Source: an uncultured bacterium
Lineage (GTDB): Bacteria; Patescibacteriota; Minisyncoccia; Phycocordibacterales; DATDWN01
Reading direction: 5' to 3'
Assembly (NCBI GenBank): GCA_963727715.1
Contig: CAVSGX010000005.1
Coordinates: forward strand, 50,672-114,671
Length of the DNA stretch: 64,000 bases
Part shown: positions 58,447-64,000 of the stretch, piece by piece
How positions within the stretch are numbered: position 1 is the stretch's first letter
Layout of the letters: every line of letters begins with the position of its first letter
Made by a program: the position numbers and the translations under genes
The notes under the pieces: generated by a model
What the model saw: only the letters and a program-made list of their open reading frames with translations
What the model was told of the DNA's origin: nothing
Databases searched by the model: none

Positions 58447-58845
58447 TCATTTCTCTCCGGACTTTTTGTCCGGAGAGTTTTGTTTTGCCAACTGTGTCAT
58501 TATTTGTCCTTGCCATCCACCAAGCATCTTGCCTATGTCATCAATCTTGAGCGACAGAGCGATATACTTTTTGTCGTCAATGGATTTTGTCTCCCACAAA
58601 ACCATCAGCAATATTCGCAAAGTGTCCACTTTTCGCACAGCCAAACGAACATACGGTTGTTTTTCAGCGGGGGAGAGAAAACTGGCTATGGAAATTGCTT
58701 CAATACTTTCCACAAATAAATTGTCAATACGCAAACCCAGCGAATGCCTGTGCAGTTTCGGCAAAATTTGGTAAAAGGAGTACCATAGCAGATACACTTC
58801 TTTCAATTTTTGTAACAATGGTAATATGCGGGGGGGGGGCAACAT
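58447..58845 (-). CDS. avd: DGR accessory variability determinant (Avd, four-helix-bundle family). It lies antisense to the TR-RT strand and has a G10/C10 tract at codons 3-5.
   Basis: The pattern matches the four-helix-bundle family (YQILPKLHRHSLGLRIDNLFVESIEAISIA ... IDDIGKMLGGW). The homopolymer spans 58830-58839. Confidence 0.7.
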   Translation of the reverse strand: MLPPPRILPLLQKLKEVYLLWYSFYQILPKLHRHSLGLRIDNLFVESIEAISIASFLSPAEKQPYVRLAVRKVDTLRILLMVLWETKSIDDKKYIALSLKIDDIGKMLGGWQGQIMTQLAKQNSPDKKSGEK

Positions 58846-58890
58846 TGGTAGTCATTTTTGTGTTGTAATTATAATAATTTTTACTATATC

Positions 58891-59871
58891 ATGAATCAAC
58901 CAACATTTGAAGAAATTATTTCTCTGGAAAATTTACTTCTGGCGTGGAAGGAATTTATTGTCGGTAAAAAATCCAGAAAAGATGTGCAGGAGTTTGAGCA
59001 GTGTTTAATGAAAAATATTATTTCACTTCATACGGATTTGAAAAACAAAACCTATATTCACGGCGGTTACTATGCTTTCAATATTTCCGACCCGAAACCG
59101 CGCGATATTCACAAAGCCAGTGTTCGGGATAGACTGCTTCATCACGCCCTGTATAGAATACTTTATCCATTTTTTGACAAAAAGTTTATCGCCGATTCTT
59201 ATTCATGCAGATTGGACAAAGGAACATATAAAGCGCTTGAGACATTCCAAAAGTTTTTATACAAGGTTTCAAAAAATCAGACAAAAACCGTTTGGATACT
59301 AAAATGCGATGTCAGAAAATTTTTCGCGTCAATCGACCAAAAAATTTTAATAGAAATATTGGCTAAATATATTTCTGACAAAAATATCGTCTGGCTGTTG
59401 TCCAAAATTATCCAAAGTTTTCACTCAACCCAAAAAGATGTCGGTTTGCCACTCGGTAACCTAACCTCGCAGTTATTGGTCAATATTCATATGAATGAGT
59501 TTGACCAGTTTATGAAGCACAGAATAAAGGCAAAATATTATATCCGCTATGCCGATGATTTTGTCATATTTTCAACCGACAAAATCGAACTTAAAAATAT
59601 TTTATTCCGAATCAATAGTTTTTTACTGACTAGATTAAAACTTACACTTCATCCCGACAAAGTTTTTATCAAGACCATTGGCTCTGGCATGGATTTTCTC
59701 GGATGGGTTAATTTTCCAGATCACAGAGTTTTGCGTACTGTCACTAAAAAAAGGATGTTCAGAAATATAAAATTAAAAGACGGCAAAAGAGAAACGGTTC
59801 AATCATATTTTGGATTGCTTGGCCACGGAAATGGTAAAAAACTTACAAATGAGGTCAACCAACTTTTATAA
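58891..59871 (+). CDS. DGR reverse transcriptase
   Basis: RT motifs ADSYSCRLDKG, LKCDVRKFFASID, LPLGNLTSQLLVNIHM (the DGR-specific I/LGxxxSQ motif) and IRYADDFVIFS (YxDD). Confidence 0.85.
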   Translation: MNQPTFEEIISLENLLLAWKEFIVGKKSRKDVQEFEQCLMKNIISLHTDLKNKTYIHGGYYAFNISDPKPRDIHKASVRDRLLHHALYRILYPFFDKKFIADSYSCRLDKGTYKALETFQKFLYKVSKNQTKTVWILKCDVRKFFASIDQKILIEILAKYISDKNIVWLLSKIIQSFHSTQKDVGLPLGNLTSQLLVNIHMNEFDQFMKHRIKAKYYIRYADDFVIFSTDKIELKNILFRINSFLLTRLKLTLHPDKVFIKTIGSGMDFLGWVNFPDHRVLRTVTKKRMFRNIKLKDGKRETVQSYFGLLGHGNGKKLTNEVNQLL

Positions 59872-59990
59872 ATTTTCGACTTTTTCTCTTAAATTTGCTA
59901 TAAATATGTAACCATCGTGTATAATGTTATCTTTTATTCTAATTCCAACGTCATACACCAGGCCGCGCAAAATATGATACAATACAAAAT

Positions 59991-60329
59991 ATGAAAGGGG
60001 GAGAAAAATTTTCTGATGATATTTTAGAGACAGAAGGAGGAATGTTTCAAATGGAAATAAACGATACTATCGGTGAAGCTGAAGGGCTGGTTGATATATC
60101 AAGGGTAAGTGATGAGACAAAAGAAAAATGCAAACATATTCTACAAGAATTTTTAAGGCGTGTAGAATTAGAAAAGGATAAAATTGATATTTATGATTTA
60201 TGCAGAACAGTTATATCAGATTTGCTTATTTTGTTAGATGGGAAAGATGATGAACATAAACAACTATTTGAGAGTTTAAGAGATGTTATATTGAAGGCGC
60301 GAGATTCTGTTAAAGGATGGAAAAGTTAA
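59991..60329 (+). CDS. Hypothetical protein
   Basis: ORF only. Confidence 0.3.
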   Translation: MKGGEKFSDDILETEGGMFQMEINDTIGEAEGLVDISRVSDETKEKCKHILQEFLRRVELEKDKIDIYDLCRTVISDLLILLDGKDDEHKQLFESLRDVILKARDSVKGWKS

Positions 60330-60350
60330 TTTCAGTCCGTAAAACAAATC

Positions 60351-60731
60351 CTACACAAATCCTTTGTAAAGCAGAACCAGACCTAAAATAAGGACAATCA
60401 ATCCGGCCAAGATAAAAACGCTATCCTTGTTGGCTTTTCTGTAAAAAGGAGAAGCCAAATCCGGAAGAACCAGAAGAAAAACTCCTTTTATCAAAGCCAA
60501 CCAACCCAGGATGGCGATAAGCAAATGCAGACGAGAATCCCAGACGTTGCTCAGCGCGATAATGACAGCGCCCATAACTAAAGCCATAAATCCTCCCATC
60601 CACATAAAACTTTTGCTCTGAATTAATTCCTCCATTACCAAAACGGTATTTTTCCTGTTAAAAAACATTGATAAACCCAAAACAAAAAACGTAATCCCTA
60701 ACACCTGCGCAAGAACCAGAGTAATATTCAT
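60351..60731 (-). CDS. Hypothetical 4-TM membrane protein
   Basis: Hydrophobic helices. Confidence 0.35.
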   Translation of the reverse strand: MNITLVLAQVLGITFFVLGLSMFFNRKNTVLVMEELIQSKSFMWMGGFMALVMGAVIIALSNVWDSRLHLLIAILGWLALIKGVFLLVLPDLASPFYRKANKDSVFILAGLIVLILGLVLLYKGFV

Positions 60732-60847
60732 ATATTTGTAAATTAGGATTAATAATCTAAAAACGACCCCACTAATATTATAACTCTATTAAAATATAAT
60801 TACCGAATTTATAGTCTAATGCAGGTGATTTTGATACAATCTAATGG

Positions 60848-61474
60848 ATGAAAAAATTTGATTATTCAGAATCGGAAACAAAACTTTTTCGCCGGCTGAA
60901 TTCGCCAAAAAAAATTCAGGATTATATAAACTCGCTCCGGTTTAATTTTGAGGAAGATGGTGACAGTTGTATATCACCGAGAGAAGTGATCAGAAACCAA
61001 AAAGCCAATTGCATCGAAGGGGCGATTTTGGCCGCCGCCATTTTGGAATTTCACGGTGGGAAGCCTCTGGTCATGGATATGCGTTCAACCAGAAAACCGT
61101 ATGATGACGACCATGTCGTGGCGGTGTTCAAACAATTTGGCATGCTCGGAGCGATTTCCAAAACAAATCACGGCGTCTTGCGTTATCGCGAGCCGGTTTA
61201 CAAAACCGTCCGCGAGCTGGCCTTGTCGTATTTCCACGAATATTTTTTAAACAACGGGCAGAAAACTTTGCGCGAATATTCCGAACTTTTTGATTTGAAT
61301 TATTTTGATAAACTGAACTGGCGGACAACACCTGACTCTCTTTTAGAAATTTCTTTTTACTTGGATGAAATAAAACATTACAAAATTTTGTCGCCCGCTC
61401 AAGTTAGGAATCTGCGCAAAGCTGACAAAGTGGAAATAGAAGCCGGAAAAGTGGTGGAATATAAGAGAAAATAA
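60848..61474 (+). CDS. Transglutaminase-like / papain-like superfamily protein (putative Cys-His-Asp triad)
   Basis: KANCIEGAILAAAILEFHGGKPLVMD is a Cys-nucleophile context. Confidence 0.35.
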   Translation: MKKFDYSESETKLFRRLNSPKKIQDYINSLRFNFEEDGDSCISPREVIRNQKANCIEGAILAAAILEFHGGKPLVMDMRSTRKPYDDDHVVAVFKQFGMLGAISKTNHGVLRYREPVYKTVRELALSYFHEYFLNNGQKTLREYSELFDLNYFDKLNWRTTPDSLLEISFYLDEIKHYKILSPAQVRNLRKADKVEIEAGKVVEYKRK

Positions 61475-61552
61475 TTAAACCAACAGACGTATTTTCTAAA
61501 TCAAAAGAAAAAACCAACCTCATGGTTGGCTGAAATCTCTTGTTGACTATTT

Positions 61553-62170
61553 TTATTCCGCGACCATGGCCATTCTTTGAACCACCACATCAAGTGATCC
61601 AAAAGAAGTATTTCTGCTGAGAAAACTTAAAGCCCTTTCCATTTTTATAGATTCAGTTGGTTCTCCCGCTGAATCTTTTTTTGATTGAAGAGCATCTTTC
61701 AGTTCTTCTTTGGCTAAATATAGACTGGGCAAGTACCAAAACTCCCAGAAGTGGCCATCGCTGTCTCGGCGAGAACGCATGCAAATAAATCCCCAGCGTT
61801 CTAACTTTTCCGTTTCGCACCGATAATTTTCTGGTGTGTAGTCGTAACCACAAACCGATGAAATTAAAATGGATGGAGAATGATGATCCAGTGATTCATC
61901 CGGGTCAAGAAGAAACTGCCGCATTTCACTAGTGCCTTCCCGTCTGGCTCTCCAGAAAGGAAGCATCTCCTCATCTTCAGTTGGCCCAGGTAATGGTTTG
62001 TAAGTAGGTTGGGCAACAATTCTACCTTCTTTGACCGTAACCCACTGATGACCATTAACAGCTCCTTCAATTAATTCAGTTTCTCCATCAACCAAACCAT
62101 GAATGTTAATATCTTTACTACCACAAGAGCCAATCCTCACTCTTTCACCAATATCTTCGGTGTCTTCCAC
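61553..62170 (-). CDS. Hypothetical protein
   Basis: ORF only. Confidence 0.3.
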   Translation of the reverse strand: MEDTEDIGERVRIGSCGSKDINIHGLVDGETELIEGAVNGHQWVTVKEGRIVAQPTYKPLPGPTEDEEMLPFWRARREGTSEMRQFLLDPDESLDHHSPSILISSVCGYDYTPENYRCETEKLERWGFICMRSRRDSDGHFWEFWYLPSLYLAKEELKDALQSKKDSAGEPTESIKMERALSFLSRNTSFGSLDVVVQRMAMVAE

Positions 62171-62301
62171 AAGTTCACCTCCAAAGACTAGACTACTCTC
62201 TAACTAAAAAATGTCAAGAATTTGCTTGTTTTACGTATGGTTTTTTGCTATAATTAGCCTTGCATAACAACCCTGCCAAACACGGTCGGGACGGTAAAAA
62301 A

Positions 62302-64000
<1,699 letters not shown>

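Noticed and set aside
58244-58774. 176-aa plus-strand ORF spanning the TR
   Set aside because: It exists only because the TR copies the in-frame VR coding sequence. The rest overlaps avd antisense. The TR is a non-coding template.

Overview
The window is AT-rich (about 38% GC) and most likely comes from a CPR/Patescibacteria-type genome. Ribosomal protein L30 is absent, no adk/map/infA follow secY, proteins carry long N/Thr-rich extensions, and a type IV pilus/competence cluster is present. The backbone is a secE-nusG-rplK block, a nucleotide-metabolism trio, argS and ileS, and a long S10/spc-type ribosomal protein operon (rpsS through secY). That operon is split between rplE and rpsZ by an IS30-family insertion. 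Past the operon lie two tandem integrative islands at a tRNA-Ser, then a complete pilus cluster (comFC, pilM/N/O, pilB, pilT, pilC, pilD and six pilin-like genes). After that come ligA, gatC/gatA, a 1250-aa surface protein, a candidate RNase P RNA, two tRNAs, and a gyrB fragment that is frameshifted and GC-rich.

The strongest find is a complete diversity-generating retroelement (DGR). A GC-rich target gene carries a C-terminal variable repeat (VR). A 123-bp template repeat (TR) differs from it at 15 positions, and every one is an adenine in the TR. An Avd-like accessory gene sits antisense to the TR and carries a G10 homopolymer tract. The reverse transcriptase has the DGR-type LGxxxSQ motif.

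Other notable items:
- IleRS carries an in-frame histidine-phosphatase (PGAM-like) domain.
- One island at tRNA-Ser encodes a phiX/P2-type HUH rolling-circle Rep together with a large serine recombinase.
- A roughly 160-nt structured RNA occurs twice, with closing and internal helices that covary.
- A conserved inverted repeat overlaps the start codons of pilin genes.
- A ThyX-like protein has lost its RHR motif.
- A family of roughly 75-bp hairpin repeats sits in ribosomal-operon spacers.
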